Assembly (NCBI GenBank): GCA_039906565.1 | Contig: CM078459.1 | Coordinates: forward strand, 18,723,066-18,787,065 | DNA length: 64,000 bases | Origin: Aegotheles albertisi | Taxonomy: Eukaryota | Reading direction: 5' to 3' | In this document: positions 24,470 through 37,599 of the stretch, piece by piece | Numbering within the stretch: the stretch's first letter is position 1 | Layout: each line of letters starts with the position of its first letter | Translations under genes and position numbers: made by a program | The notes under the pieces: model-generated | Databases searched by the model: none | Seen by the model: the letters and a program-made list of their open reading frames with translations, nothing else | What the model was told of the DNA's origin: nothing

Positions 24470-26819
24470 GTAATTACACTGTGCATAACTTAAAAGTATT
24501 TAGAAACACTGAATTTGTGTAACAAAATTACCACCTCCAGTGACTGGAATTTGCCGCATTTGTGATAAATTCATGACAAGTCCCATTCATCAACTTACAT
24601 AAGTTAGAGAGTGTAACTCTGCAGTTTGGCATAGGTGAATTCTCAAACTAAATCTTGACTAGTCTGATTTATTGAAATTGATTCAAAAGTTGGAGTTGAA
24701 AAGTGTCAAATCTTCCCAAACTGGTTATTGTGAAGGTTCCCGTTCCATTGTAGCAAGAAAAGAAATACCACTTTTGTGTGTTTATCCTGCACCTAAGCTA
24801 AGTCAGGTCTTGGGAATGTCTGTTGTTAGAAAACATGCTCAGATAACCAGATATGGCAGTGATAGACACAAGAGTTGGAAAACCTGCAGGGGGAGATGAG
24901 GCTAATGAGGAGATAACACTGCTGTGTTTAATTTGTTGGCTTTTTAAAAAGATAATCCATGAGCTGTATTGATGAAAACCAGTAATTACTATTTCATTAA
25001 TAATTTTTGAATACCAATGAAAATGAAAAGATTGATAAATAGGAAGTGTTGATTCCAAAAGAGAATTCCTGAATTTGCTTTTTTCAGGAGGAAGCAAATA
25101 ATTAGATTTTCATCTTTTAGCTCAGAAATATAACCAAACCCTCATAATACTTTTAAAGTACTAGTCAAATTTTTAATAAGATTTTTGTAAAGTTAAGCAG
25201 CTTTATTTGAACCTGAACAACTGAATTGTTTTGTCACTGTCAGTAGGGTATTTTGTCATGTTAGAGCTGTGCTTAGATGTCTGGTTGCGACCCGCAAATA
25301 AGCGGATATGTTACGTTAATAGAAGTTGCTGTACAACACTGATAACATTAGTGATGCGGATTTTTGGGTCACTCACTCGCTCCCCGTTCTTTAGTTGGAC
25401 TGGGAAGAAAACAGAAGAAACAGGAGCAAGAAAACTCGTGGATCAAAATAAAGACAGGGAAATCACTTCCTAAGTACTGTTGTGGGCAAAACATACTTAA
25501 ATTAACTTAATTACTAATTAGCATATTTAATTACTGATTGAGGCATTGGGACGGAAAAGACATACATAGCACGTGCCCTCACCCTTTTCCATGCTCAACT
25601 TCACTCCAGACACCTCTCCTTCCCTCCTGCACTCCAGTTGCACTCAGTCCCTTCAGTGAGGCAGTGAACACTGCCTGCAGGTCAGGACACAGCAATTTCT
25701 CCCCGCTGCTCCTTCCTTCTAGCTCTTTTCTTCCTGTGTTCCAGCATGGGCCCTCCACACACTTCAGGCCCTTCAGGAGTGTGCCTCTTCCTCCACAAAA
25801 TACCTTTTCTGTTCCCTTCTCTCTTCCTGATGTTTTCTGCCCTTCATTAAATTAGAGGTGCCACCAGCTTTGCTGAAGAGCGCAGCCATGTCCTGTGGAG
25901 GGTCTGTTGCAGAGATGGCTGAGACAGTCTGTGTCTGCTATGGGGCAGCACCTGGGGCAGGGAGGGCAGTAAGGGGATTGTTTTGTAGGGCCTTGAGGGT
26001 TTTGGGCTTGCTTTTTTTCCAGTGTGCATAGGTTTATAGCCCTTCAGAGCTCCCTTGTCACACTCTCTCATTGAATTTCCCATTTGTGAAGATGGATGTC
26101 TGTGAAAAGACAAGAGACTGGTGAATAATTTAAAGCTATTTTAGGTCAGTTAGAACCACATTTGGATTATGATTACTCTTCCATATTTAATGCTGTTGAG
26201 GGACACCCAGGCCAGCTCTAAATGAGTATAAGACAATATAAGCAGGAGAGCACAGCACTCCATTGAAGCTGACTTGCTGACAAGCAACCGTCAGTAACCT
26301 TACACTTGCACTGGGATAGGAAGTAGTCCGTACAGAATTTCAGGAAGAAACCTTGGAGTCTGAAGTTCGTTCCAAATTGATTTGTTTTCTGATGGATCTG
26401 CAATGGTAGTGCTATACTGGAGTTACTAGAGGGGGGGTTGTGAGATCTGTAACATGCATTTCACTTGGGAGAACTCTCTGTGGCAGATTGCCTCTGTCCA
26501 TTTCATAGTTCAGACTAGTTGTATGCAAGATAAGCATATTTGTGAGCTATTGTGTTCATTTCTTTCTTGGTTCTACAAGTTAGCTGCTTTCCCAGCAGTT
26601 TCCAAATACCTGCATCAGGAAGGTTTGCAAAATAATTGTGTAGCAGTATGTAGTGGATGATTCATTACTTGATGGGATTTTTTTCTCTGACACAGCATTT
26701 TGTTTCCTTGCTGTGAAGGAAAAGACAGGTGGTAGATCTCTGAAAACAGGAGAGTTTTTTCCTGGAGGCCCAGAAATGGCCGGCAGTTAAACTCAGGCTG
26801 GCTCTCTTCTTCAGTCAGT

Positions 26820-27170
26820 GATCATAGAATGGTTTGGATTGGAAGGGACCTTTAAGGGTCATCCGGTCCAACCCTCCTGCAGTGAGCAGGGACATCTTCA
26901 ACTAGATCTGGTTGCTCAGAGCCCCTTCCAACCTGACCCTGAATGTTTCTAGGGATGGGGCTTCTGCCACCTCTCCTGGCAACCTGTGCTCGTGTTTCAC
27001 CACCCTCATTGTAAAAAATTTCTTACTTGTATCTAGTCTGAACCTACCCTCTTTTAGTTTAAAACCATTACCCCTTGTCCTATTGCGATAGGCCCTGTTA
27101 AAAGTTTGTCCCCGTCTTTCTTGTGGGTCTCCTTTAAGTATTGAAATGCTGCAAGTGATGTTTACAAGAA
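26820..27170 (-). mobile_element. CR1 3' fragment, minus orientation
   Basis: catagaatggtttggattggaagggacctttaagggtcatc...caggttgctcagagcccc; near-duplicate of the 9770-10215 copy. Confidence 0.8.
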
Positions 27171-27909
27171 GCCCGTTCTTTTACATTAACAGGTTTTGCA
27201 AGCTTCTGTGTCTTGCATCTCTAGTTGGTACAGTTCACACAGACTTGTACTAAGCTGGACTGGGGCTCAAAATACATACAAGCCATCTCTTGACTGCTGT
27301 TGAACTTTATTCTGTCCAGTTCACACAACTAGGTTTCACCAAGGTACTGTGAACATACATACTTGATTCAATACTCTACTTGGGAAGGTGCCAGTTGTGT
27401 TGTATTTGTATCCTGAGACAATGCTAGAAAGGTAGATGTTTCACTAATGTTAATATTCTTTACTTCTGAAGGGAATACTTAGTTATATCCAACCCAAACC
27501 ATTCTGTGATTTACACGTTAGAAGATGAATGTTGCAGCTTTTATTCAGAGGCAACGCTGATTTCCAGAAGCATGAGCCAGACTCAGACACTGATGTTCAG
27601 CAGTCCATTTGTCTTGGGCTTGCTTTTTCTCTCGCAGCCCATATTGCATAATGCTTTTGTCTGTCAGTAGAATGTGCAAGGATACTTTCTGAAGGAGAAC
27701 GGGAATAAGTGACTATCGTGACTGTCTCAGAAGTAGCATTTAGAAACATTTTGGGGATTTTTGTGTGCTTTTTGAAGTTACTCGTTACTCTTCAGTCGTC
27801 TTCATGTTGAATGATTCCTGTCATGTTGAACTGTGATTATTGAGCTCTTTTTCACTTTGTTTAAAATGTGTTTAAACTTTCCATTCTAATTGCTTTATGC
27901 TCTTTCCAG

Positions 27910-28131
27910 GTACACTGGAAGTACTGTTGTAAAGCCCGGTGAAATATGGGATGTTCCTCTAGAAGAAGTTCCTGAAACCTCAGAAGCTTTAAAACCTATA
28001 GACATGGAATCTGTAGATGGAGGAGATTTCAAGTCACTTTCTAAGAAAGAGTTACAAGTGCGAATTAGTCATGTTGAGTCTCCTAGTAAAATTTTTATAC
28101 AGTGGCTGTCATCAGAAAGTATATTGAAAAG
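27910..28131 (+). CDS. RNF17: RNF17 exon, Tudor C N-terminal extension (-YTGSTVVKPGEIWDVPLEEVPETSEALKPIDMESVDGGDFKSLSKKELQVRISHVESPSKIFIQWLSSESILK-)
   Basis: tttccag|g acceptor, aaaag|gtacta donor; in ORF 27890..28138 frame; 'VRISHVeSPskifiQ' motif; phase 2->2. Confidence 0.75.
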
Positions 28132-28974
28132 GTACTAAATTTCAAAGAACTCTTCTGGAGTTAAGGCGTTCTTATTACAAACTGGCGAAGTATAGTTAGA
28201 ACAAACTTTAGGGTTGTGTTTGGCACTGGGTACTCTCAAATGCTGTTATCTTGTTTTGATGAGGAAAGTATAGAAATGGAAGATAGATGTGTGCTGTGTT
28301 ACAGTTTATTAAATATTTGTGATTCCAAATTAAGTACATGGTCAAACTCCTCTTTCAAATCAGTTGTAATGTAGTATCAGGGCCTGATAAATGCAACACT
28401 GTCCAGAAAGATTAAGTCTTTCTATTCTTTTTTTCTCCTCCCCATTCCTTCCTGAGAAATCTTGTTAAATAATACTGGTATCCTAAGTCATAGGACTTAT
28501 ATCAAGTTATTTTTTCTGCATGCTTCTAGTTATGCAGTTTGGAAGTTTGAAGGCAATTTCTAGACATGGTATATCAGCCTGCCTTTGGTAGATACTTAAG
28601 TATAACGTTTAGGTAATAGTGCATACTGTTTGAAGACATCTAAACAGACGTATCATCACTTAGTGCAAGTTGCTTATTTTCTGCCTTTTATTTCTCCTTT
28701 CTTTCATTTTTTTACCTTCTTGCATGTAGTGCTATGCAGAAGGATCAGGATCGCTCAGATTAATTCCATTGTTTAGGAAAACATGGTCATGTGTTCTGAA
28801 GCTTAATTTCATGTATTTCTAATGTGTCATGAAGAAAAACTACAATAACTTGTGTGTCTGTTAAACAGTTGCTAAAACTTTACTGTATGCTAGTTAAGGA
28901 GTAATGGACTAAATAAACTCTTTCCTTCACTGGATAAAATTTTACCACTAGAAAAGTGTTATTTTGAATGTTAG

Positions 28975-29125
28975 TTTACAGGAGAAGATGGCTGCCATCT
29001 ACAAAGGATCCCTGCCACAGTCCGTGAAGTGGGAAAGTGGTATGCACTGTGCTGTTTATGTATTTGATTTGAAACAGTGGCAAAGAGGTCAAATAAGCAG
29101 GATTGTCTCTAGAACAAGTGCAGAG
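28975..29125 (+). CDS. RNF17: RNF17 exon, Tudor C core first half (-LQEKMAAIYKGSLPQSVKWESGMHCAVYVFDLKQWQRGQISRIVSRTSAE)
   Basis: Acceptor ttag|tttacag... (the AG 7 nt upstream of the stronger-looking cag|g) is the only one that keeps the Tudor frame; donor gag|gtaaat; 'G..CaA.y..D..W.RG.I' motif. Confidence 0.65.
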
Positions 29126-30241
29126 GTAAATGTGTTATCATAAGATACTTCTGTTGCTAAAGTTTATTTTAATCAATGAATGCTTGCAATGTCAAATATT
29201 TGCTGCTTACTTCTGTGTTAATATTTTCTCATACAGCCTTTTTCTTTTGTTGAGAATTTAAGTTATGTTGTACGTCGCTGCAAATAAGATTACTGTCTCA
29301 TCAAGTCTTACCTGCCTTTAGCAGGGAACCTGGTAGTTGGGGAAGGCTCCTGAGATTGATTTTGTGTATGTTTACACTACACTTTGCAGCATAGCACAGG
29401 TCCTCAAGCTGTAACTTAACAGCCTGGATTCCAGAAGCTGTGTGAACCTGAGGGTCACATTAATTAAAACTTAAGGATCCTTTCTAAAAACAGAACCAGT
29501 TGTACTCAGTGCAGCACCACAGGAACACATGTAGCCATGCTGTTGCTTGAAACACAAACTGGTGGTGGTGTTCTGTGCTGTGTAGGTGTAACATTTTCCA
29601 CAGTAACTTCTCATACAGTGATGCTTTAAACGTGTGTTTTGCACTCATTTGAAAAAATTAAGGAGCATCAGAAGAGGCATTTTGTGAATAGAAAACTGCT
29701 TACCTCAAAAGTAAGAGTGGCTTTTTAATTGTACAGATAATCCAGGACTGGATTACCATTCGTTCTCTCCACCATCATCAGATTATGCCCATGGGTCTTG
29801 TTAGTAAGAAGCAGGACTGGCATGTTCTATACTTCTGGTTTGCATCATCTGCTTTCTAAGGCTAAGAGCCCTCGAACAGCTATTTAACCATGTCAGAATA
29901 AAAAATGAGGGGTGGAGGGGAGCTATCTCAGCATTTCTAGGTTCATAAATCCAAATGCACCAACATAACTGAAGCAGGGGAAAAGAAATTTTGTTATTCA
30001 AATAATAGCCTCTGTAAAGTTGTTCACACTCCTTTGAGCACAGCTGTGGGTTTTGTCCTCTCAGTATGCTGTGGTAGTAATTTGTTGTGTGATAGAGAAT
30101 TCAGTGCCAAGGCCACTTGTTGAATTGTGGTAGTTTGTTTGAATTTTGTTTACCTATTCAGGCATGCTTTGAATTACCATTCCTTACAGATAACACTAAG
30201 AGATTCCTTTTCTATTTCATTGTGTTTCTTGTCTGTAACAG

Positions 30242-30360
30242 GTAAGGCTCTATGATTCTGGAGCTGAAAAAACAGTGGATATCTGCAATCTAAGAAAACT
30301 TCAGGAAAATATGAAGAGAATTAAGGCATTAGGAGTACAATGTACCTTGACAGATATAAG
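30242..30360 (+). CDS. RNF17: RNF17 exon, Tudor C core second half (VRLYDSGAEKTVDICNLRKLQENMKRIKALGVQCTLTDI-)
   Basis: gtaacag|gta acceptor, ag|gtagtc donor; 'V.fiDyG..e.v....L' equivalent; phase 0->2. Confidence 0.7.
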
Positions 30361-31148
30361 GTAGTCTTTCCCTTATACTGAACAGCAGTATTAGAAACCT
30401 AAAAATGACATAACAATATTTTCTTGTGTTAGCATTGATTATCTAAGTTTTGATGTGGTTTGCTTTTTAAATAAAGAAGAAATGGGTGGGCAGCTGTGAT
30501 TTGTTTTATAAGGAGGCTTTTTTCTAAGGGTTATGCTACATACATACCAGTAAAACAGAAGCTGTGCTATAGAAAGAAAAAATATTTATAAGGATGAATT
30601 ATAAAACACTGGACAGATGATAGAAGTTTTTCTTATTTCACTGAATGCCTTTTTCCTTGACTCAGAATTTGAGATGAATCGGATCTCATGAAAATGCACA
30701 GGAAGTCTCTCATTTCTAGTCTGTAAAAAAGAGAGAGAACCAGGGTATTCTCCCATGCATTTGTTTGTGTGCTGTCTATACTGCGAAGAAAAAATAATCA
30801 TGTTTGTAATACCCATTCCTTGAGTGGATATAAAAAGCCCGATTTGCAGATGAAGTATGGAATTTCCTTTGTTCTGTTAAGATAGGTGTCATACTTGTGT
30901 AGCTCATGATCCTCCTCAGTTTTGAAGTTTTGGGGTTATATTTATTAGTTCTTCCTGTCATATAGACCTAGAGATGAATAACCATTTCTTTTTACTGTTA
31001 ACTGTAATGGAGATTGTCTTTCTTCCATGACACTTCAAGCAGTGTCAAAAAAAAATCAAAATCTCAGTAAAGGAAAGGGTTTGTGGTAAAGCTCAGGAGA
31101 TGACAACTTATTTTGTACTAACAGAGGCTGTAATTTGTTCTTTGTTAG

Positions 31149-31239
31149 ACCAACAGGCGGAAGCTCGCAGTGGACAGCAACAGTGTGTGAATGTTTATCC
31201 TATTACCTAACCGGGGCACAAGCAAAAATCGTCATACAG
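31149..31239 (+). CDS. RNF17: RNF17 exon ([30 protein letters not shown])
   Basis: ttgttag|a acceptor, cag|gtttgt donor; phase 2->0. Confidence 0.55.
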
Positions 31240-32087
31240 GTTTGTAATCAAAACCAGTGATATTTGTAAAATTTCTGTCAGTTTGTCTGTTAATACAATT
31301 TTTTTTCTGAATATTTTCACTCTTCAAAGAAGTTCTGAGTGGAACTTGCTTAGATTGCTGTTTGCTGTAGGGAAAAATATGCTTTTTCTTTTTTTCTGCT
31401 TCATTTTCATTATTCACTGGAGCATTAGAGCAGTTTGGCAACCCGGTGTGAAAAGAAAGCAGTCTTAGATATATTTAGTTACTGAAGAACAATATTTATA
31501 TCTTTGGGATCACTGGATGCTGACAGCTTTTACGGATAGATGAGCAAGATGTGCATGTTCTTGATGAGAATAATTTCAGCAGCTACCATGTTAGTTTTCA
31601 AGCCTCAGAAACTGAAAGAATTAGTCCGATGCTGTACATCATTTGTGATTGATTTCTTCCACTGGTAAAAAAACAAAACAACTGAATTATTATGAGGGTT
31701 TGATTTGTGTAGGGTCTGTTGGCAGCTGCCAGTGAGGTTTTACAGTGTGTCTAAGATAAAAGCACTGATGAGCAAAGTTATTTATGAATGGGTTTAAAGC
31801 TCTTGCTAGAGGAAAACAAGTATTTGGCAGTTAATTCTAATAAAACAGCTAAGGGAAGAAGCGAGGTTTTATTCTGTTATTTTTTTTTTTTAATGTCATG
31901 CCTAGAACAGTTAGTGAAATGTTGGGAACTGTGACATGGATTAAATGAATTTTGTGTCTTCTGACGTGGGCATCAATTGTTCGGTGACATCTGATTTGCA
32001 GTCAGTACCAGTAAAACGAAAAATATGCCTGTAGTTTAGAGGAAATGTGTATTGTAATATGTTGTCCAGCTCTCTAATTTTTTCCAG

Positions 32088-32203
32088 GAAAGTGATGCGG
32101 CTTGTGCATTGCCTGTGAAAATTTTTTGCAAAGATGAGACAGGACAAGAGTTTGATATTTCAGAACTCCTTGTTCAGAAGGGTCTGGCTTTTAGAAACAG
32201 AAG
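32088..32203 (+). CDS. RNF17: RNF17 exon (ESDAACALPVKIFCKDETGQEFDISELLVQKGLAFRNR-)
   Basis: ttttccag|gaa acceptor, ag|gtttgg donor; Tudor C-terminal 'dI...Lv..GLA' motif; phase 0->2. Confidence 0.6.
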
Positions 32204-32525
32204 GTTTGGATACTCTTATATTCTTTCAGACTCTCATATTCACATCGTGATAAGCTAATAAGTAAAACAAAAATTTGGATTGTCCTCTACAGTGTATGTA
32301 GCAACAGAACTCCATCTTTAGTGAACATACCCAAATAGAACATTATTAATTGTATCCACTGCACATTTCAGCTCTCTGAGTTGGTAGATGAGATGTTTGA
32401 CAGTACTTTAATAAGCATTTGCCGTCTTTGTGTGTTTGGTTTTTTATTTCTATTATTTTATTTTTTTGCACTTTTCAAGTTCTTTGTCAGTTAATATGTT
32501 GATGTGATTTGATTGAATCTGCTAG

Positions 32526-32833
32526 AACTGCTACAGCTGCTGAGGCTTGCTCAGTCTCCAGTGAACATCCGAAAGTACATTTCGAGCAAGAGGACACACT
32601 ACTGAATGGTTGTAATTCAGAAACTGCTCATGCAAAAAGCAGCGCTGCTCCAGAGGAAAACATCACTGTTCCAGAGAGTGAAGAAAAATCATGTGAAACA
32701 TACAAGGCATTGCCTCACTCCGAAGTGGATGAAATATATAAATCCCCCGTTATACCTGAAGCAAAAATTTTTCAAGCTGTAGTAAGTTGCGTTGGACGTG
32801 ATGGAACTATATATATCGTACCAAAATCCTGTG
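32526..32833 (+). CDS. RNF17: RNF17 exon, acidic linker + Tudor D N-terminal extension (-TATAAEACSVSSEHPKVHFEQEDTLLNGCNSE...IFQAVVSCVGRDGTIYIVPKSC-)
   Basis: tgctag|a acceptor, tgtg|gtaaga donor; matches ORF 32509..32847 frame; phase 2->1. Confidence 0.7.
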
Positions 32834-33969
32834 GTAAGATTACATAGAAGAAATTACATTTACGTCTATGAAACTATATAGCTTTGGTATATCAGAATAT
32901 ATGATATACATGTTGTAGTATACATGTTCTGTATCAGAACACAGTTCTGGAAGATTTCTTTTGGGGAGGATTGCTGTTGGGGGTGATGAGGCCTTGGTGA
33001 GCGGGCGAGGGGTGTGTGCCCATGCCATGCTGGTCCCGCAGCTTCCCAGCGGAGATAGCCCACATCCCCATGAGGTGGGGACCTGTCCTCAAACCCATTG
33101 AATTGTGTTTTCCTGTCCTTCCACCTGCCCGAGAAACCCAGAATGCCCAAGCGCTTGGACAGATGGGTTACTTGCCTCTCTTCTCTAGGCAGTATTGGGT
33201 AAAGCAGCAAATGCTTTCTTCTGTAATGTTGAGATTGTGATACATTTTACTAATAATAATGAAAGTACAGTCCTAAAGATTCTCAGAAGTTAGCCTAGTT
33301 CTCAAATACTACTGGATTTTTTTCCTTTGTTGTGAGCTCAGTACCCAGTTTTCTTGGAGAAATGTTTCAGTATGAGAACATTTTTCTGTTATTTTTTTTA
33401 ATTCTACAAATACATTTAAGTACGCTTAGGTACTTAGTTGTGTAAGTCCATTAAGTACATTTAAATATGTTCATGATCATGTCATGAAACTTTGAAATTC
33501 AAAGTACAGTAACCCCACTTGCTCAAGACTGTATTCTTGCAATTGTTGCTGTAGACTGTACTCATAGCAGAGGGTCTTCTGGACACCTGTTCCGTGCTGT
33601 TTCATGGTGTCCTACCACTGCCTCTGGGAATCAGTTGTCTTGTTGATGGAAAGATGCTTGTACTACTGCTGCCAATGTGTCAGTTGCAGAATTTATAGAC
33701 CCTTCTTCTGTGAGATTTGAATCCAGAATTACTAATGGCTTCACGACTGGAAATGCAGTTTACTTTTTGTTTAATTAGTAAGTTGTTTGTACATACTAGA
33801 TGTTGACCATACATATTGTTTCAGTGTTTTTGGAGCAGCACACGTCTTTTGGGTTTATACGTGTCTTCATCTGAATCTGCTGGGTTTTAGTGATTGAAAT
33901 AGTTTGCGCTGTGTTACAGACTGTTTTGAATTTATTTTACTTTTTTTTTAATTCTCCCCCCACCTCCAG

Positions 33970-34133
33970 AAATTGAACTAAACAAATTGATGGATGAAAT
34001 ACAAAGTAACTTCAAATGCCTTGGTCTTCTGGAACCATACAGGTGGAAAAAGGGAGAAGCTTGTGTTGTAAGAGGATCGGATACGCTGTGGTATCGAGGT
34101 ACAGTTTTAGAACTCGGTGTCAATGCTCTTAAG
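33970..34133 (+). CDS. RNF17: RNF17 exon, Tudor D core first half ([55 protein letters not shown])
   Basis: cctccag|aa acceptor, aag|gtaagt donor; textbook Tudor 'G..C.v...D.lWYRg.V'; in ORF 33987..34223 frame; phase 1->0. Confidence 0.8.
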
Positions 34134-34929
34134 GTAAGTTTGATTATATGTTGTGTGTTAGTGAGTGGACACGTGCATATGTATGTTTTTTTCCAAAAAA
34201 AGGCCATTAACCTAATTCTCTAAAGTAAATTTATGGTCATAGCTTTTTTTGTTCAGCTGACTTGACTATGCAGATGCTCATTCTACTTCAAGGTGTGATA
34301 ACTGTCCTGATTTTAACATTTATTTTAAAGATTTCTGTCTGCCTATTTCAGTTGTCACAATTTTTCCCATAGTTTTCCTGGTAATGATAATTGTTCTTAA
34401 GTAAAAAGTTACCTTGATCACATGTAAGTAATCCCTTTTAGATTTTTATTTCTTTGGTTGTTGTTATCTTATGTGGATGCTTTGAAAATACTTGGGTTTA
34501 GCTTCCTCCCACTCAAGTAGTGGCTGTCTTTGTTTTGAATTCTTTCTGCTGCACAGGTATAGAGCTACTTTTTCTAATTAGCAGTTAATTCTATCTAAAC
34601 TCTTGAGTCTGCTTATGCTTTTTAAATGTAGATTTGCAAGTCTGACACTATCGTAGTTCACAAACTTCTTACTTCTTTCAGTTGTAAACTGCTGTAGGTA
34701 ATTGTAGAAAAGGCAGAATCTCTTGCAAGAGAAGTTTAGAAACGACTTCTAATCTGCCATGCCAGTTTTTTAATCCTTTCCCTCATTTCCACTTTGTCAC
34801 ATCACATACTTAGCAGAAAACCACTATTTTTTTCCCCAGAAAAGCAAATGCTGTAAATGAACACTTTCTCTTAATAAACTTGACTTAAAAAACAGGAATT
34901 ATTTCAGGAAAGCTTTTCTTTTCATGTAG

Positions 34930-35049
34930 GTACAGTACATAGACCGTGGTCACATAGAGACGATTCCTCATTGTCATCTGTACCCAACTACATTGTATAC
35001 TGATATTCCTCCATTTTGCATACCATGTCAGCTCTACAAGACAACGCCT
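34930..35049 (+). CDS. RNF17: RNF17 exon, Tudor D core second half ([40 protein letters not shown])
   Basis: tcatgtag|gta acceptor, cct|gtgagt donor; 'V.YIDrGn.E.i....L' Tudor signature; phase 0-0. Confidence 0.75.
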
Positions 35050-35519
35050 GTGAGTAATGGTAAATTTGAAGATGTTTTAGTAGATGGTGACTCAATTGGA
35101 TACGCTGTTTAGTCATGCAAAGGTTGAGACTAGTTGCGGGTATTTTCTCTTGCCTATGAGGATTCAGAGAACAGCTGATGAGGATCGGTTCAGCAAGACA
35201 GCCTTTTATCAGGAAATTTGAGGTTCCTTTATGAAGGGACCTTGCTTCAAAAGCAGCTGTTACTGGAATTAAATCTTTGTGAGACAGGACACTGCAGTGG
35301 TTGGCAGGATGATACTCTGGAGTGGTAGTTCATTTTGCAATAGCAGCAACAAGAAGTAAGGCCTGGATTTCTTAATGCAAATTGGCCAGAAAACTAAATC
35401 TTCAAATCCTGCAAAAGTGTTTCTGTCATTCTAATCTTAGCTGCGTAGGAAACAGTCTGTTATGCTAAACCAATACAAGTGAATTGTTTTAAGGTTTTTT
35501 GTTAGAAAGTAATTGATCC

Positions 35520-36318
35520 CACAGGCTTGAGAGGTGGGCCCATGCAAACCTCATAAAGGTTAACAAGGCCAAGTGTGAGGTCCTGCACCTGGGTCAGGGC
35601 AATCCCAAGCTCAGATACAGGCTGGGTGGAGAATGGATTAAGAACAGCCCTGAGGAGAAGGACTTGGAGGTCTTGGTTGATGAAAAAATCAACATGAGCC
35701 AGCAGTGTGCACTTGCAGCCCAGAAAGCCAACGGTATCTTGGGCTGCATCAAAAGAAGTGTGGCCAGCAGGTTGAGGGGGTGATCGTCCCCCTCTACTAC
35801 TTCGCTCTCAAGAGATCCCAACTGGGTTATTGTGTCCAGTTCTCGAGTCTCCAACATAAAGACGTGGAACTCTTGGAGAGAGTCCAGAAGGAGCCACGAA
35901 GATGATCAGGGGGCTGGAGCACCTCTCTTATGAATACAGGCTGAGAGACTTGGGATTGTTCCACCTGGAGAAGGCTCCAGGGAGACCTCCTAGCAGCCTT
36001 CCAGTACCTGAAGGGCCTACAGGAAAGCTGGAGAGGGACTTTCTACAAGGACATGGAGTGATAGGATGAGGGGGAATTGATTCAAACTGCAAGAGGGTAG
36101 ATTTAGGTTAGACATTAGGAAGAAATTCTTCACTATGAGCGTGGTGAGACACTGGCACAGGTTATCCAGAGAGGTGGTGGATGCGCCCTCCCTGACAGTG
36201 TTCAAGGCCAGGTTGTATAGGGTTCTGAGCAGCCTGGTCTAGTGGGAGATGTCCCTGCCTATGGCATGGTGGGTGGAACTAGGTGATCAACCCAAACCGT
36301 TCTATGATTCTGTGATAC
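35520..36318 (+). mobile_element. CR1 fragment (RT C-terminal region + 3'UTR)
   Basis: Encodes CR1 ORF2 tail (..[29 protein letters not shown]..); ends with ..ccaaaccgttctatgattctgtga. Confidence 0.8.
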
Positions 36319-36910
36319 GTAATTAATGTCATCACATACTGTCACATCTTAATCAAATTTGAATGGTGTATTTAGTAAATGTGAATTACTGAAATGACTG
36401 GCTTACTTTTATAGTTATTTTTAAAGAAAACCTTTTTATTTCTGGAAGCAATTCAACTGATAGATTAAGAAAGACAGGCTTATAAGCCTCTGGGTTGGGA
36501 GGCGAACAGATGTTGTAGGCAATAAAAGAAGTATTTGAAGTATCCTGTGTTTTCTGTTGTATGTTAAGTTATCATAGAGTGTAATTCTGTATGTTTGGGT
36601 TATGCTTCGGGTAATTGCACACACGTGTTATTATTAGGTGTGTGTTAAAGGTTAGTCTTGGGAAGCAGCATTTCTTTCTGAGCCACTTCTAGATTTGAAA
36701 ATTGCTGGTGAGGATTGTCCCACGGTAAGTTTCAGTGTGTCAAATACTAGATAATGTTTAAACTGTGTAGACATATCAAACTAACGATGTGTGTTTTCAA
36801 AGAAGTTTTTCGATGATAGGCATGTATTTTAATCTTACCATGTTAAGAACAGTAAGAGTATCACTTGTTAGCATCTTAATGTTGTGGGTTTCTTGCGTTT
36901 TGCCAAATAG

Positions 36911-36991
36911 GTTGGAAATTTTTGGCAGCAGGATGCAGTAGATTGCCTTCAAGGACTGCTTACAAATGAAGAGGTTGAAATACATGTTCAG
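36911..36991 (+). CDS. RNF17: RNF17 exon (VGNFWQQDAVDCLQGLLTNEEVEIHVQ)
   Basis: ccaaatag|gtt acceptor, cag|gtagct donor; 81 nt, phase 0-0. Confidence 0.55.
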
Positions 36992-37292
36992 GTAGCTTAA
37001 TTTATTCATAGATGTGGACTGAGGCTTACTTTTTGTTCTCTTCCTTTTTTGTTTTTTAACTTGCATTAAGAATAATAAGTGAAGGAGTAAATGTATTTCT
37101 TAGCCAGAGTCCAAAGCTAAAGTTAATTCTCCTGTGACTTGATTATCGTTATAGTCTTCAGGCCTTAAATGTTTCCTTCAGAATTATTAATGGTTTTTGG
37201 TCCTGTTTGTATTGTGTGTTGCCATTCTGACAAGCAACCTACCTACCGACAACATAAATTGTAAATTCAATTATAAGTGATTAAAATTTGCC

Positions 37293-37365
37293 ATGGCAGG
37301 GGCATTGGAACTAGATTATCTTTAATGTCCCTTCCAACCCAGACCATTCTATGATTGTGATTTTT
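37293..37365 (+). mobile_element. Short CR1 terminal fragment
   Basis: ggcattggaactagattatctttaatgtcccttccaacccagaccattctatgattgtga; sits immediately 5' of the long CR1. Confidence 0.6.
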
Positions 37366-37599
37366 TTTAATTTTTATTCTATGATAATTAAGTACGGACA
37401 TGCCTAAATCAATATATTAACATTATAGGGGAACACATCATCTGTATTGTCTGAAAACCTGCAATTTCAGGTAGTTTGATTAATGATAAATAGTGAAAGA
37501 GAGGGGATTATTGTGGAGTGCACAAGTGTGGGATAATGTTTGGGTGTTAGGCCGAGTAGTCGGTGCTGCCATTCCAGAGATACAAAACCAGTAAAGATG

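Noticed and set aside
25231-25473. 80-aa + ORF adjacent to the GC-rich block, with an AATAAA (25447-25452)
   Set aside because: Considered as an LTR polyadenylation region, but no TG...CA termini or target-site duplication could be identified by eye; left as part of the unclassified block finding.
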